Shown here piece after piece: positions 8,123 to 18,386 of a stretch of DNA of 32,297 bases. The first letter of the stretch is position 1; the number at the start of each line of letters is the position of its first letter. This DNA comes from Coleofasciculus chthonoplastes F2-STO-03. GTDB lineage: Bacteria > Cyanobacteriota > Cyanobacteriia > Cyanobacteriales > Coleofasciculaceae. Position numbers and translations under genes: made by a program. Location: NCBI GenBank assembly GCA_040222015.1, contig JAVJWO010000138.1:1-32297 (forward strand), given 5' to 3'. The notes below the pieces were generated by a model. The model had not been told where the DNA came from, did not search any database, and worked only from the letters and a program-made list of their open reading frames with translations.

Positions 8123-11100
8123 ATGACAAATGACAAACTCAGTATTAGTGCGATCGCGATTCGCCGCCATATCGGTACCCTAGTCTTAACCCTAGCCGTT
8201 ATTGTACTAGGGATATTCTTTATTCTCCAGATTCAGGTCGATTTATTACCCTCGATTACCTATCCCCGGATTGGCTTACGTTTAGGAGCACCTGGTATCT
8301 CGCCAGAAGTGGCGGTTGAGGAAATTACTAAACCCTTGGAACAAGGATTAAGTGCCACCGAGGGTGTTGTCCAAGTCTTTTCCCAAACTCGCGAGGGACG
8401 AATTAGTTTAGACTTGTTTTTTCGACCGGGCGGTAATATTGACCAGGCGCTAAATGATGCAACAGCAGCGTATAATCGCGCTCAATCCAATTTACCCGAT
8501 ATTATCGAAGAACCGCGTTTATTTAAGTTCGATCCCTCTCAATTACCTGTTTATGAATTAGCATTGGAATCTTCATCCCTAAAGGATGTGGATTTGCGCG
8601 TATTTGCCGATGAAGAACTTAGCCGTGAACTGAGTGTTGTTCCTGGCGTCGCCTCGGTGGATGTCTCCGGTGGGGTAACGGAAGAGGTGCGGGTGTTGAT
8701 TGATCCCACTCGTTTGCAGCGATTAGGATTAGGCTTAACCGATGTCCTAGATGCCCTAGATGAACGGAATCAAGATGTAGCCGGGGGACGACTACGGGGG
8801 GAAGAATCAGAACCCTTGACCCGAACGATGGGACGGTTTCAGGATGCGGAAGAATTGCGGGATTTGTCCTTCGAGATAAACGAGGCAGACGCCACAAATC
8901 CTTCGCGTCGAGTCTATTTGCGCGATTTTGCTGAGGTAATTGATGGGACGGAAGATAGACGGGTATTTGTCTTTCTGAATGGAGAACCAGCGGTTAAAGT
9001 TAGTATTCAGAAGCAACCGGATGCGAATACGATTGAAGTTGTCGATGGAGTTAAAAAACGCATTGAACAGCTAAAGCAATCCGGTTTAATTACAGACGAC
9101 ATTGAATTAGTGGCGACATTGGATGAATCTATTTTCATCCAAGATTCTATTGCCAATGTGACCAGTGCTGGGTTAGTCGGAGCAACATTAGCCGCGTTTG
9201 CGGTGCTGTTATTTTTGGGTTCATTGCGACAAACCTTAATTATTGTCATCGCCATTCCCCTCGCTACTCTAGCCGCCGTGATTTTAATGCAGTTATTTGG
9301 CTTATCCCTAAATGTGTTTAGTTTAGGTGGATTAGCGTTAGGCGTGGGGATTGTTGTGGATAATGCGATCGTGATGCTAGAAACCATCGCGGCGGGTGTG
9401 TCTGATAATCCAAGTGCAGGAACGGATTTAACTGATAAGGTTGCGGACAAAACCGATAACTTCACTCAACCCACCTCGGCTCAATCCATCATTTCCCAAG
9501 CCGAACAATGTTCCCAAGAGGTAGAATCAGCGCTGATAGCCTCCACCAGTACAAACTTAGTCGCTGTCCTCCCTTTTTTACTCATTGGTGGCTTTTTCTC
9601 CCTTCTGTTTAGTGAATTAATTTTAACCATTAGCTTTGCTGTCGCCGCCTCGTTAGTGGTGGCGTTGACAGTTGTACCCATGCTTTCCTCTCGCCTATTG
9701 GCAATCCCTTGGTCAAGTGGCGTCAACCGATTTTGGCTATTGCAAGCTTTTAATCGTCGCTTTGAAGCCGCAACCTTGGGTTATCAACGTTTCCTAGGGC
9801 GGGTGCTGCGGTATCGGCTTTTAGTTATCGCCCTGGCTGTGTTAATTCTCGGCGGTGGAAGTTTAGCCTTAGCTAGTCAAATTCCCCAAGAAATTCTACC
9901 CCGAATTGATACCGGACAAGCCCGGATGTTTGCCCAATTTCCACCAGGAACTACTCTAGAACAAAACCGCCAAGTGATGATGGCGGTGGATGATATTCTC
10001 TTGGCGCAGCCGGAAACCGAGTATGCGTTTACCACATCCGGCGGGTTTTTGTTTGGGGGAAATACCTCAGAAAACTTGTTACGAGGGACAAGTACAATTG
10101 CGCTGAAATCGGATAGTAATGTCGAGACATTTATTGGACAAGTTAATCAGGAATTGCAGACGTTAAATTTAGTCCAAACTCGTCTACGTCTCAGCCCCGG
10201 TGAAGTGCGAGGAATTATTTTAAGTAATTCACCCGTTCGGGGGGCGGATTTAGATATTGGCTTACAAGGAACGAATACACAGCAGTTAGAAGCCGCAGGG
10301 CGTCAAGTATTAAAAGCGTTAGATGAACGCGCAACCTTAGCCCAATTTCGCCCGGATGCAGATGATCGCCAACCCGAAATTCAGATTCGTCCCGACTGGG
10401 AACGAGTCGCCCAATTGGGGTTAACCGCCCAGGAAATTGGGGATACGATTCAAACCGCGATCGCGGGTTCGGTATCGACTCAGTTACAACGGGGTGATCG
10501 CTTGGTGGATGTGCGGGTACAGCTTGCTGAAGCGGCGATTCAGCGCGTGTCTCAGATTAAAGACTTACCCCTATTTACCAATAATAATCGCCAAATAAAA
10601 TTGGGTGATGTCGCCGCAATTGATCAAGGACAAGCGCCGGGTGAAATTCAGCGGATTAATCAGCGCCAAGTGTTCTTAATAGCGGGGACATTAAATGAGG
10701 GTGCAACCTTGAGTGAGGCGTTAGCGGAAACCAATGCGGTGTTAGCTGAATTAGATTTACCGGAGGGGGTTTCTATTTTACCCAGTTCCGCCAGTGAAAC
10801 CAATCAGCAACTCCAAAATTCTCTGAAGATACTGGGAGGATTAGCCGCGTTTATGGTGTTTGTGGTGATGGCGGTGCAGTATAATTCCCTAATTGACCCC
10901 TTGGTGATTATGCTCACCGTTCCCCTCGCCTTAGCCGGGGGAATTTTGGGACTGTATATCACCCAAACCGCCATGGGTGCAACGGTTCTAGTGGGGGCGG
11001 TACTGCTGGTAGGGATTGTGGTGAATAACGCGATTGTGATGGTGGAGTTTGCCAATCAAATTTATTACCGGGAAAAGGTTGACCGCAAAACCGCGATTTT

Positions 11101-11398
11101 GCAAGCCGCACCCCAACGTTTACGACCGATTTTGATGACCACAATTACCACGGTTTTAGGCTTGTTTCCTTTAGCTTTGGGGATTGGCAAAGGGTCAGAG
11201 TTTTTACAACCCTTAGGTGTAGTTGTGTTTTCAGGGTTGTCCTTAGCAACGGGATTGACCCTATTTATTATTCCCTGTTTTTATACGTTGCTCCATGATA
11301 GTTTTGGTGATAAGAATAGGAAAAAAGGAACCAGGCTAAGAACAGGGAAAAAGACAAAGGAAACAGAAAACCGGGATAAGACTAGAGCATCAGTTTAG
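8123..11398 (+). CDS. RND efflux permease (AcrB/AcrD/AcrF family)
   Basis: 1091 aa; VDLLPSI, GIVVDNAIV (TM4), GIVVNNAIV, RLRPILMTT; two large periplasmic loops. Confidence 0.95.
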   Translation: MTNDKLSISAIAIRRHIGTLVLTLAVIVLGIFFILQIQVDLLPSITYPRIGLRLGAPGISPEVAVEEITKPLEQGLSATEGVVQVFSQTREGRISLDLFFRPGGNIDQALNDATAAYNRAQSNLPDIIEEPRLFKFDPSQLPVYELALESSSLKDVDLRVFADEELSRELSVVPGVASVDVSGGVTEEVRVLIDPTRLQRLGLGLTDVLDALDERNQDVAGGRLRGEESEPLTRTMGRFQDAEELRDLSFEINEADATNPSRRVYLRDFAEVIDGTEDRRVFVFLNGEPAVKVSIQKQPDANTIEVVDGVKKRIEQLKQSGLITDDIELVATLDESIFIQDSIANVTSAGLVGATLAAFAVLLFLGSLRQTLIIVIAIPLATLAAVILMQLFGLSLNVFSLGGLALGVGIVVDNAIVMLETIAAGVSDNPSAGTDLTDKVADKTDNFTQPTSAQSIISQAEQCSQEVESALIASTSTNLVAVLPFLLIGGFFSLLFSELILTISFAVAASLVVALTVVPMLSSRLLAIPWSSGVNRFWLLQAFNRRFEAATLGYQRFLGRVLRYRLLVIALAVLILGGGSLALASQIPQEILPRIDTGQARMFAQFPPGTTLEQNRQVMMAVDDILLAQPETEYAFTTSGGFLFGGNTSENLLRGTSTIALKSDSNVETFIGQVNQELQTLNLVQTRLRLSPGEVRGIILSNSPVRGADLDIGLQGTNTQQLEAAGRQVLKALDERATLAQFRPDADDRQPEIQIRPDWERVAQLGLTAQEIGDTIQTAIAGSVSTQLQRGDRLVDVRVQLAEAAIQRVSQIKDLPLFTNNNRQIKLGDVAAIDQGQAPGEIQRINQRQVFLIAGTLNEGATLSEALAETNAVLAELDLPEGVSILPSSASETNQQLQNSLKILGGLAAFMVFVVMAVQYNSLIDPLVIMLTVPLALAGGILGLYITQTAMGATVLVGAVLLVGIVVNNAIVMVEFANQIYYREKVDRKTAILQAAPQRLRPILMTTITTVLGLFPLALGIGKGSEFLQPLGVVVFSGLSLATGLTLFIIPCFYTLLHDSFGDKNRKKGTRLRTGKKTKETENRDKTRASV

Positions 11399-11505
11399 TA
11401 TAGCAACCGCCATAGCTGTTAGGACACATCATTTATGTAGAGACGTTGCATGCAACGTCTGGAACAATGGTGACGAAAGTCCTAATCGATGTGTCTACTG
11501 CTATA
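11399..11505. mobile_element. MITE-like element with TATAGCA...TGCTATA termini and an internal REP-like palindrome
   Basis: TATAGCAACCGCCATAGCTGTTAGGAC ... GTCCTAATCGATGTGTCTACTGCTATA (paired ends plus paired TTAGGAC/GTCCTAA); internal perfect palindrome AGACGTTGCATGCAACGTCT 11441-11460. Confidence 0.7.
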
Positions 11506-11512
11506 ATACGCA

Positions 11513-12154
11513 TTAAAGTAACCACGTTTTATTGGCAAAATCAGCCGGCTTTTCGCTATCCTTTTGAATCGGTCGTCCTAGAGGGCGGGCAGGAGATCTG
11601 GCGGGAGGGCGTTTGGTTTCTACTGGTTGCGTGGTTTCTATGGGTCGCTTTTGAGTTGCTTTAAGCGATTCATTCTCTTGTTTCAGACTCTCCGCTTCTT
11701 GCATCAATTTATCATTGGCTTGGGCGAGTTGAACAGCGGCTTTTTTGGCTTCCTCAAACTCACTCTTGAAATGATCGAGTTTCTTTAACTCACTTTGTAA
11801 GTTTTCAACGGATTCTTGCTGTTGCTGTAATTGGGTTTCTAAATCGGTAATTTGCTCATTTAACCCTTGTTCTCGTTGCTCAGCTTGTGCTAAACTATCT
11901 TTTAAATTAACGACAGTGGTTTCTTGTTTTTGGGCTTCTTCGAGTGCCTGTCTCAATTCCGCAACCGTGGCTTCAAGGTCAGCTTTGGTGGGAGTTGAAG
12001 ATTTACTTGTACTGGTTGTCCGGCGGGTTGCCATGGTTGATTCGTCCTCGGTTTCTGTATTCGGTTCGTTAGTATCTTCAATAGGTTGCTGATTGGAAGA
12101 TGGCGATTTTTCCACCTCTTCCCGCAGCAAATCAGTTAACTTTTTTTTTGTCAT
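11513..12154 (-). CDS. mcdB: McdB-like carboxysome-positioning partner (coiled coil)
   Basis: Basic N-terminus [13 protein letters not shown], central coiled coil with QLQQQQ, disordered ends, Trp within last four residues (KTWLL); ATG overlaps parA stop (TAATG). Confidence 0.7.
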   Translation of the reverse strand: MTKKKLTDLLREEVEKSPSSNQQPIEDTNEPNTETEDESTMATRRTTSTSKSSTPTKADLEATVAELRQALEEAQKQETTVVNLKDSLAQAEQREQGLNEQITDLETQLQQQQESVENLQSELKKLDHFKSEFEEAKKAAVQLAQANDKLMQEAESLKQENESLKATQKRPIETTQPVETKRPPARSPARPLGRPIQKDSEKPADFANKTWLL

Positions 12155-12786
12155 TAGCACCCCCAATGATGGTGTAGTTCATCCGCCACCCGGCGATAAT
12201 CAGCTTGGGCTTCACGGGCATTTTCTCCCCGCAATTGAGTAATCGGTATCCCCTGCAATGCGGCGCGTTCGTGGGCTTTGTATGTCCGAATAAAGGTTCG
12301 GAATGTGGGAACACCGAGTTCCCGGAGTGTGGTTTGCGCCTCTAACGCTTCCCGGCGACTGCGAGAGTCTACCCGAGTTAACAATACCCGATGGGCGGTT
12401 CCGACTGGTGCGATCGCACGCCGTACTGTTTCCATTAAAACCGCTAAGTCCATGGGTGCGGGAGGTGTGGGTAAAATAATATAATCTGCGATCGCGACTA
12501 CAGCAGTCAAGGCGTCTGAACGCAGGGCGGGGGGTGTATCGACAACGGCTATTGCGTAGTCTTTCAGGGTTTGTAGACGACTCAAGAGTTGAGGATTGGT
12601 TTCTTGGGCGATATCAAACCTGATTTCTCCCTCACTTCGTTCTACCCACCAACTGGCTGAACCTTGGGGATCAGTATCTACTAATAAAACCTGTTTTTTT
12701 TCCGCAAGTACGGCGGCTAAGTTGACTGAGGTTGTGGTTTTGCCAACACCTCCCTTGCCATTCATAATAGCGATTATATTGGTCAT
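12154..12786 (-). CDS. mcdA: Short ParA-family ATPase, McdA-like
   Basis: Deviant Walker [21 protein letters not shown] (double Trp), VVDTPP; 210 aa; coupled to a coiled-coil partner rather than ParB. Confidence 0.75.
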   Translation of the reverse strand: MTNIIAIMNGKGGVGKTTTSVNLAAVLAEKKQVLLVDTDPQGSASWWVERSEGEIRFDIAQETNPQLLSRLQTLKDYAIAVVDTPPALRSDALTAVVAIADYIILPTPPAPMDLAVLMETVRRAIAPVGTAHRVLLTRVDSRSRREALEAQTTLRELGVPTFRTFIRTYKAHERAALQGIPITQLRGENAREAQADYRRVADELHHHWGC

Positions 12787-12970
12787 TTGTCATTTGTCAT
12801 TTGTCATTTGTCATTTGTCATTTGTCATTCGTCATTTGTCATTCGTCATTTGTCATTTGTCATTTGTCATTCGTCATTTGTCATTTGTCATTCGTCATTT
12901 GTCATTCGTCATTTGTCATTTGTCATTCGTCATTTGTCATTTGTCATTCGTCATTTGTCATTCGTCATTT
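12782..12970. repeat. Heptamer tandem repeat GTCATT(T/C) x27 (STRR)
   Basis: 189 bp = 27 units (19 GTCATTT, 8 GTCATTC), counted from the sequence. Confidence 0.97.
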
Positions 12971-12971
12971 G

Positions 12972-13041
12972 GTCAGGGCGGGTTTTGTACAAACGTTAGC
13001 ATCAATAGTGAAACGTGATTCCCTAAACCCGCCCCTACACA
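12972..13041. repeat. ~70-bp dispersed palindromic element GGGCGGGTTT-N-AAACCCGCCC
   Basis: Terminal inverted repeats; 61/70 identical to an inverted copy at 15503-15572; relatives at 26551-26609, 21459-21514, 9416-9480. Confidence 0.85.
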
Positions 13042-13049
13042 TTGACCAT

Positions 13050-16000
13050 TTATATCGCTGCGGGTAATGCTCCTTGCATCTTGCTTAACCAGTCGATTAA
13101 ATTCTCTAACTGTTTATTGGCTTTGAGAACCCCTAATCCCCGTACTGTTACTTTACCAGGAGAATAGACAAAGCGCGATCGCAAATGTTTGGGTAGGTTT
13201 TCTTGTAATAGCTTCCAGGCGGGTTCCTCCATTGGCGTTTCTAGGGCGATGTGCTGTTTCCCTTCAGGTTTAATCCGACTAAATCCGAGAGACTTCGCCA
13301 CCTGTTTCAGTTCCACAATCCGCAATAATTGCTCAACGGGCGCGGGTAAAGAACCATAGCGATCATGCCAATCGGCGGCTATTTGAACTAATTCCGATTG
13401 GGAATTCGCTGATGCTACTGTCCGATAAGCACTCATCTTTTGTTCCAAATCAGGGATATAATCAGCCGGGATAAAGGCAGTAAGATTTAAGTCAATTTGG
13501 GTATCATCCACTTGGGGAATTTCTTGTCCCTGAATCTCGCGAATGGCTTCTTGTAACATTTCCATATACAAATCAAAGCCAATTACATCCATTTGTCCCG
13601 ACTGTTCCGCCCCGAGGAGATTTCCCACGCCTCGGATTTCCATATCCCGCGTCGCCAGTTGATACCCCGAACCCAATTGGGTAAACTCCTGAATCGCCCG
13701 TAAGCGCTTGCGGGCGGCGTCGGATAGGGTTTCTTGTTTGGGATAAAATAACCAAGCGTGTGCCTGCACGCCGGAACGCCCGACTCGCCCCCGCAGTTGG
13801 TAGAGTTGGGCTAAACCAAAGCGCTGGGCGTCTTCAATTAGGATGGTATTCACTCGCGGAATATCTAACCCGGATTCAATAATTGTGGTACAAACCAGGA
13901 TATCCGCTTCCCCGTTACTAAAAGTAAGCATGGTGGCTTCTAATTCCCCTTCTGGAATTTGTCCATGGGCGATAGCCAGTCTCGCGCTAGGTATCATTTC
14001 CCGCAGTTTCGTGGCGACTTCTTCAATTCCCTCAATTCGGGGAACCACGTAAAACACCTGTCCCCCCCGATCTAATTCGGTGCGAATTGCCGTACGAACC
14101 GCTTCTGGATTATAAGGGGCTAAATGGGTTTTAATCGGACGCCGAGAGGGAGGGGGAGTGGTAATTAAACTCATTTCCCGCACCCCGGAGAGAGACATAT
14201 ATAAGGTACGGGGAATCGGTGTGGCGGTTAAGGTGAGGACATCAACTTGTGTTTTTAGGGTTTTAATTTTCTCCTTTTGATTCACGCCAAAGCGCTGTTC
14301 TTCATCGACAACTAACATACCTAAATCCCGGAATGTTACACTTTTGCTTAATAATTGATGGGTGCCAACAATAACATCTAGTTCTCCAGTAGAAAGGCGG
14401 CGCTGAATTTCCTGACGTTCCTGGGCGGTGCGGAAACGATTGAGTAATCCCACATGAATCGGATAGGGGGCAAAGCGTTCTTTTAGGGTGTGGTAATGTT
14501 GTTGAGTAAGAATAGTTGTCGGGGCGAGAAAGGCGACTTGTTTGCCAGAGGTAATCACTTTAAAAATTGCCCGCAATGCTACCTCGGTTTTGCCAAAGCC
14601 CACATCCCCACAGACCAAGCGATCCATGGGGCGATCGCTCTCTAAATCTCGCTTTACGTCTTGCACTGCTTTGAGTTGATCGGGGGTGGGTTGGTAGGGA
14701 AAGGATTCCTCTAATTCGTCTTGCCAAGATGAATCTTCCGGAAAGGCATAACCGGATTGTTGACTGCGTTGGGCATAGAGTTTAAGTAAATCAACCGCCA
14801 GTTTCTTAATCGTTTTGCGAACCCGATTCTTGGTCTTTTCCCAGGCTTTACTGGACATTTTATTCAGTTGAGGCGCACGGCTATCGGCACGGCGATAGCG
14901 TGACAAAGCCCCTACCTGATCGGCGGCGACTCGTAATAAACCATCGGCATATTTGATGACTAAATATTCACGGGTTTCATGGTTAAGGATGAGGCTTTCT
15001 AGCTTGACAAATTGACCAATTCCGTGGTTTTTATGCACCACATAATCCCCAGGAGTTAACTTATTCGGGTCAACTTGTTTCGATGCGGCGCGGCGTCGTT
15101 TTCGCACATAACTGGGAGTGGCGAGAGTATGCTGTCCAAAAAACTCGCGATCGCTAATCACAACCAAGCGAAACGTGGGCAGGATAAAGCCTTCGATTTC
15201 CGCTAATCCGGAATATTTTACCGCCACAGGTGTTCTCTGGCTTTGCAGCTTATCAATCGCCGGATAATCGCGGGGATTGGGAACAAACTGAGCCGGACAA
15301 TCATGTTCCTGTAACAGAGACACCGAACGACTCGGTTGAGCCGAAACCAGCCAAACCGAAAACTTGCGATCGCGTTCACTGCGGACAATTTCTGCAAGTT
15401 TGGCAAATTGGTGTGGCGTGGCGGGAATCGGGCGGCTGGCTAAATTCACCGCCGTCTCATTGGTGGCTTCTGCTAGTTCCGATAAATAGAGTAAGTTTTG
15501 AGTGTGTAGGGGCGGGTTTAGGGAATTTTGTTTCGGTGTTGATGATAACGTTTGATCAAAACCCGCCCTGACTGCGGTTTGCGTGTTGAATAATTCAGCA
15601 TATTGACGATGCAGAGGGGGGAGGGGATGGGCTAACGTATCTAAATGTTCTTGGGCGTGTTCCATCCAGCGATCGCAATGAGCGCGACATTGTTCGGGTT
15701 CATCAATGGCAATCACTGTATTATCGGGCAAATAATCCAATAAAGAAGCCGGTTGATCAAAAGCAATCCCCAAGAAGCGACGACTCCCTTCCAGATGTCC
15801 CCCCGCTTGCCAAAGTGCCTGTTCCTCTTCCTCTAGATGGATTTGCACCTGTTGGGCTTGTGCCTCACTGAGGGCATCAGTAATAATCGGGCTAAAATCA
15901 GTAGGGGTGAGTACCAGTTGCTCAATTTTATCTAGGGAGCGCTGGCTACCGGGGTCAAATTCGCGCAGTTGTTCCAATTCATCCCCGAACCATTCCAGCC

Positions 16001-16628
16001 GCACGGGTAATTCAGCCGCAACCGGGAAAATATCCACAATATCACCGCGCCGACTCCATTGACCTTCCATTTCCACCAGTGGCACTCGATCATACCCCAA
16101 GCGGGCTAATTGGTTATCGATGTCTTTAATATCCCTTGTCATCCCTTGGTTAATCGTCAGACAATAGGGAGCAAAGGCTTTGACTGGTGGTAAATGGGGT
16201 TGAAGTGCAGCATGAGTTGCCACAATGGCCAAGCCGTTAACCGTTACCGAGTGATTCTCTTCAGTATCTCCTGAATCAGGCGTTGACGAATGACGCACCA
16301 AATCCGCCAACACCTGCATTTGTCCCCACGTCATTTCTGATTCGGGGTCAAAAGGTTCGTAGGGTGACGCTTCTGAGGTGGGATAGAAATGAACCGTCTG
16401 CCAATTCATCGCCTCCAATTGCGCCGCCCAGCGACTCGCCTCTTCCAATGTGGCGCAGACAACCAAAAGATTGCGCCCTGCGGCTTGAGCGATGGCAGAT
16501 GAGACTAATCCCTTAGGGAGACGGGCAATCCCATTCAGGTGCAAAGACGACTGACGATTCAGTTTAGAGAGGAGTTCACCCGTCAGGGGCGATCGTTCCA
16601 GAGTCCGAATGATAGAAGAGAATGCCAT
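13050..16628 (-). CDS. mfd: Transcription-repair coupling factor Mfd
   Basis: UvrB-homology N-terminus ([10 protein letters not shown]), RID domain ([12 protein letters not shown]), [34 protein letters not shown] motif, TRCF C-terminus. Confidence 0.97.
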   Translation of the reverse strand: MAFSSIIRTLERSPLTGELLSKLNRQSSLHLNGIARLPKGLVSSAIAQAAGRNLLVVCATLEEASRWAAQLEAMNWQTVHFYPTSEASPYEPFDPESEMTWGQMQVLADLVRHSSTPDSGDTEENHSVTVNGLAIVATHAALQPHLPPVKAFAPYCLTINQGMTRDIKDIDNQLARLGYDRVPLVEMEGQWSRRGDIVDIFPVAAELPVRLEWFGDELEQLREFDPGSQRSLDKIEQLVLTPTDFSPIITDALSEAQAQQVQIHLEEEEQALWQAGGHLEGSRRFLGIAFDQPASLLDYLPDNTVIAIDEPEQCRAHCDRWMEHAQEHLDTLAHPLPPLHRQYAELFNTQTAVRAGFDQTLSSTPKQNSLNPPLHTQNLLYLSELAEATNETAVNLASRPIPATPHQFAKLAEIVRSERDRKFSVWLVSAQPSRSVSLLQEHDCPAQFVPNPRDYPAIDKLQSQRTPVAVKYSGLAEIEGFILPTFRLVVISDREFFGQHTLATPSYVRKRRRAASKQVDPNKLTPGDYVVHKNHGIGQFVKLESLILNHETREYLVIKYADGLLRVAADQVGALSRYRRADSRAPQLNKMSSKAWEKTKNRVRKTIKKLAVDLLKLYAQRSQQSGYAFPEDSSWQDELEESFPYQPTPDQLKAVQDVKRDLESDRPMDRLVCGDVGFGKTEVALRAIFKVITSGKQVAFLAPTTILTQQHYHTLKERFAPYPIHVGLLNRFRTAQERQEIQRRLSTGELDVIVGTHQLLSKSVTFRDLGMLVVDEEQRFGVNQKEKIKTLKTQVDVLTLTATPIPRTLYMSLSGVREMSLITTPPPSRRPIKTHLAPYNPEAVRTAIRTELDRGGQVFYVVPRIEGIEEVATKLREMIPSARLAIAHGQIPEGELEATMLTFSNGEADILVCTTIIESGLDIPRVNTILIEDAQRFGLAQLYQLRGRVGRSGVQAHAWLFYPKQETLSDAARKRLRAIQEFTQLGSGYQLATRDMEIRGVGNLLGAEQSGQMDVIGFDLYMEMLQEAIREIQGQEIPQVDDTQIDLNLTAFIPADYIPDLEQKMSAYRTVASANSQSELVQIAADWHDRYGSLPAPVEQLLRIVELKQVAKSLGFSRIKPEGKQHIALETPMEEPAWKLLQENLPKHLRSRFVYSPGKVTVRGLGVLKANKQLENLIDWLSKMQGALPAAI
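15503..15572. repeat. Copy of the 70-bp palindromic element inside the mfd coding sequence
   Basis: TGTGTAGGGGCGGGTTTAGGGAA...CAAAACCCGCCCTGAC, translated as [23 protein letters not shown]. Confidence 0.85.
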
Positions 16629-16699
16629 GATTCACCGCACGTTATTAGAAATAAGCTGTTCGGCATTTAAACCTTAATGTCAATAATGGCGAAAGGATG

Positions 16700-16724
16700 G
16701 TAGTGCGAGCATCTTGCTCGCTAC
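16700..16724. repeat. GTAG-type REP-like hairpin
   Basis: GTAGTGCGAGCATCTTGCTCGCTAC. Confidence 0.65.
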
Positions 16725-16767
16725 TAATACCCAATTTAAATGCATGACAGCTTAGACAACCCAAGCA

Positions 16768-16795
16768 GTAGAGACGTTGCCTGCAACGTCTCTAC
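16768..16795. repeat. GTAG-type REP-like palindrome
   Basis: GTAGAGACGTTGCCTGCAACGTCTCTAC, same family as 136-161 and 11437-11460. Confidence 0.8.
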
Positions 16796-16816
16796 AAATC
16801 AGGTCGCCCGATTGTT

Positions 16817-18205
16817 TTAAACGCTACCAACCATGGGTTTTTCTGGCAAGGATTGACGTAAGCGATCGCCATATAAGGCTAACGCATTCCCCGCCAACAG
16901 CAGTCCCAGATGTTCCCGGTCATAATCCGCCACGGTTGCCGCATCTTTGACACAGCCGTGCAGCACACCATCCCAGTGACCATAATCCCCAGAGAAGCAG
17001 GTTAAATGCTTACCAATCTCACCCATCGCCACGGGTAAATAAGCAGGACCTGGATCATCGGATTCAAAGGAGGTAAAAATTTGACCCCGTTCAAAATACT
17101 CGAAGGGGTCACGGTGACGCAAGTCATAATGTTCATACAAGCTAGCATCCTCAATTTTGGTCGGATCATGTGCCGCATTCCACAACAAATCAAACAGGTT
17201 TTTCGCCTGAGAGATAATGTTGACATTATCCCGACCGCCTTTTTCCTGAATCATCAACTTGGTGAATTCCATTAAAGACGGGCGATAGGGATGTTTCGGG
17301 TCAAAGTCGCGAATCCGCTTTTCCCAATGTTCGTGGAATGCATGGGCTAAATCCGGTAGCCAACCACAACCGCCTTCTAAGAAGCCAACTCGTAGGGTGG
17401 GGAATTGTTCAAACGCCCCATCAAATACCATCCGGGCTAATGCCAACTGTTGCTGGTTGCGCTGAACAAAAATGTGGTTGAGGACAAAGGTTTCTAGATG
17501 ATCCGCAATTCCGCCCACCATGTAGGAACCGGGTCCACCGTGAATCGCTAAGCCAATATCCAAGTCTACCGCCGCCTGTAAAATCGGACGGAAGTCAGGA
17601 TGGCTAATTGCCTTACAGGTGCGAATTTCGGGGAATGCATCGGGGGCTTTGGGATGGGGAATCGGCATATTGGGCGCAACGGCGACGCTAATCATCCCCA
17701 GTTCGTTGACGCAGCGATGCATTTCCTTAACCGCTTCATCTACATCCTGAAGACAAATAACCCCAATGGGTTTGAGGCGATTATCGTAGCCCCGGCAATC
17801 ATCTGCCATGTAATTGTTGTAGGCGCGGCAGAGTGCGATCGCAAAGTCTTTATCCAGAATACTGGAAAAGATCAGATTCAGCGTACCAAAGATAACATGG
17901 ACATCAATCCCCTCTTGATCCATGTGTTGAATCCGCACCCGATTGAACATCGCACCCAATGTGGTATCTGGATGCAGATTGCGAAAGCCACCTTTCCCTA
18001 ACCCTTGAGGTTGGGGAAACATCCGCAGGAAGTCATTTTTCCCGGTTTCTGGATTAAAGTCTACAATCTTTGCCCGTTGGTCACCGAGACTATCAATCAC
18101 CAAACCGACGCGATCGCGATACTCTGGTTCTAGATAATCCCGCATAATCATCGGATTCTCTAGCTTATGAGCATCCGCATCGATCACTAGCAAGTCTTGA
18201 TACAT
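16817..18205 (-). CDS. Amidohydrolase superfamily protein (Amidohydro_2 type)
   Basis: IDADAH, MDQEGID, AYNNYM, AIHGG, FPTLRVGFLEGGCGW, FSGDYGHWD; GAGGAG RBS before ATG 18205. Confidence 0.85.
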   Translation of the reverse strand: MYQDLLVIDADAHKLENPMIMRDYLEPEYRDRVGLVIDSLGDQRAKIVDFNPETGKNDFLRMFPQPQGLGKGGFRNLHPDTTLGAMFNRVRIQHMDQEGIDVHVIFGTLNLIFSSILDKDFAIALCRAYNNYMADDCRGYDNRLKPIGVICLQDVDEAVKEMHRCVNELGMISVAVAPNMPIPHPKAPDAFPEIRTCKAISHPDFRPILQAAVDLDIGLAIHGGPGSYMVGGIADHLETFVLNHIFVQRNQQQLALARMVFDGAFEQFPTLRVGFLEGGCGWLPDLAHAFHEHWEKRIRDFDPKHPYRPSLMEFTKLMIQEKGGRDNVNIISQAKNLFDLLWNAAHDPTKIEDASLYEHYDLRHRDPFEYFERGQIFTSFESDDPGPAYLPVAMGEIGKHLTCFSGDYGHWDGVLHGCVKDAATVADYDREHLGLLLAGNALALYGDRLRQSLPEKPMVGSV

Positions 18206-18337
18206 TCTCACTCCTCAACTTGTTGATGAAGGCTTAAGTCTTTAATGTTACTAAATGTTACGAATTCGGGCTATGGGACAAGAAGGCTCCAAGGGGTAGA
18301 AGGAAAAAATGCCCCAAGAATTTGGTACACCCTGCTC

Positions 18338-18361
18338 CCAGACGTGCCATGGCACGTCTGG
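18338..18361. repeat. Perfect 24-bp palindrome (REP-like)
   Basis: CCAGACGTGCCATGGCACGTCTGG flanked by CCCTGCT units. Confidence 0.75.
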
Positions 18362-18386
18362 AACATTGCTCCCCCTGCTTCCCCCA

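Noticed and set aside
12782..12970. Possible CRISPR array
   Set aside because: Contiguous 7-mers with no unique spacers and no cas genes in the window
12596..13067. Three + strand ORFs with repeating CHLSFVI peptides
   Set aside because: Translation artefacts of the heptamer array, antisense to parA/mcdA
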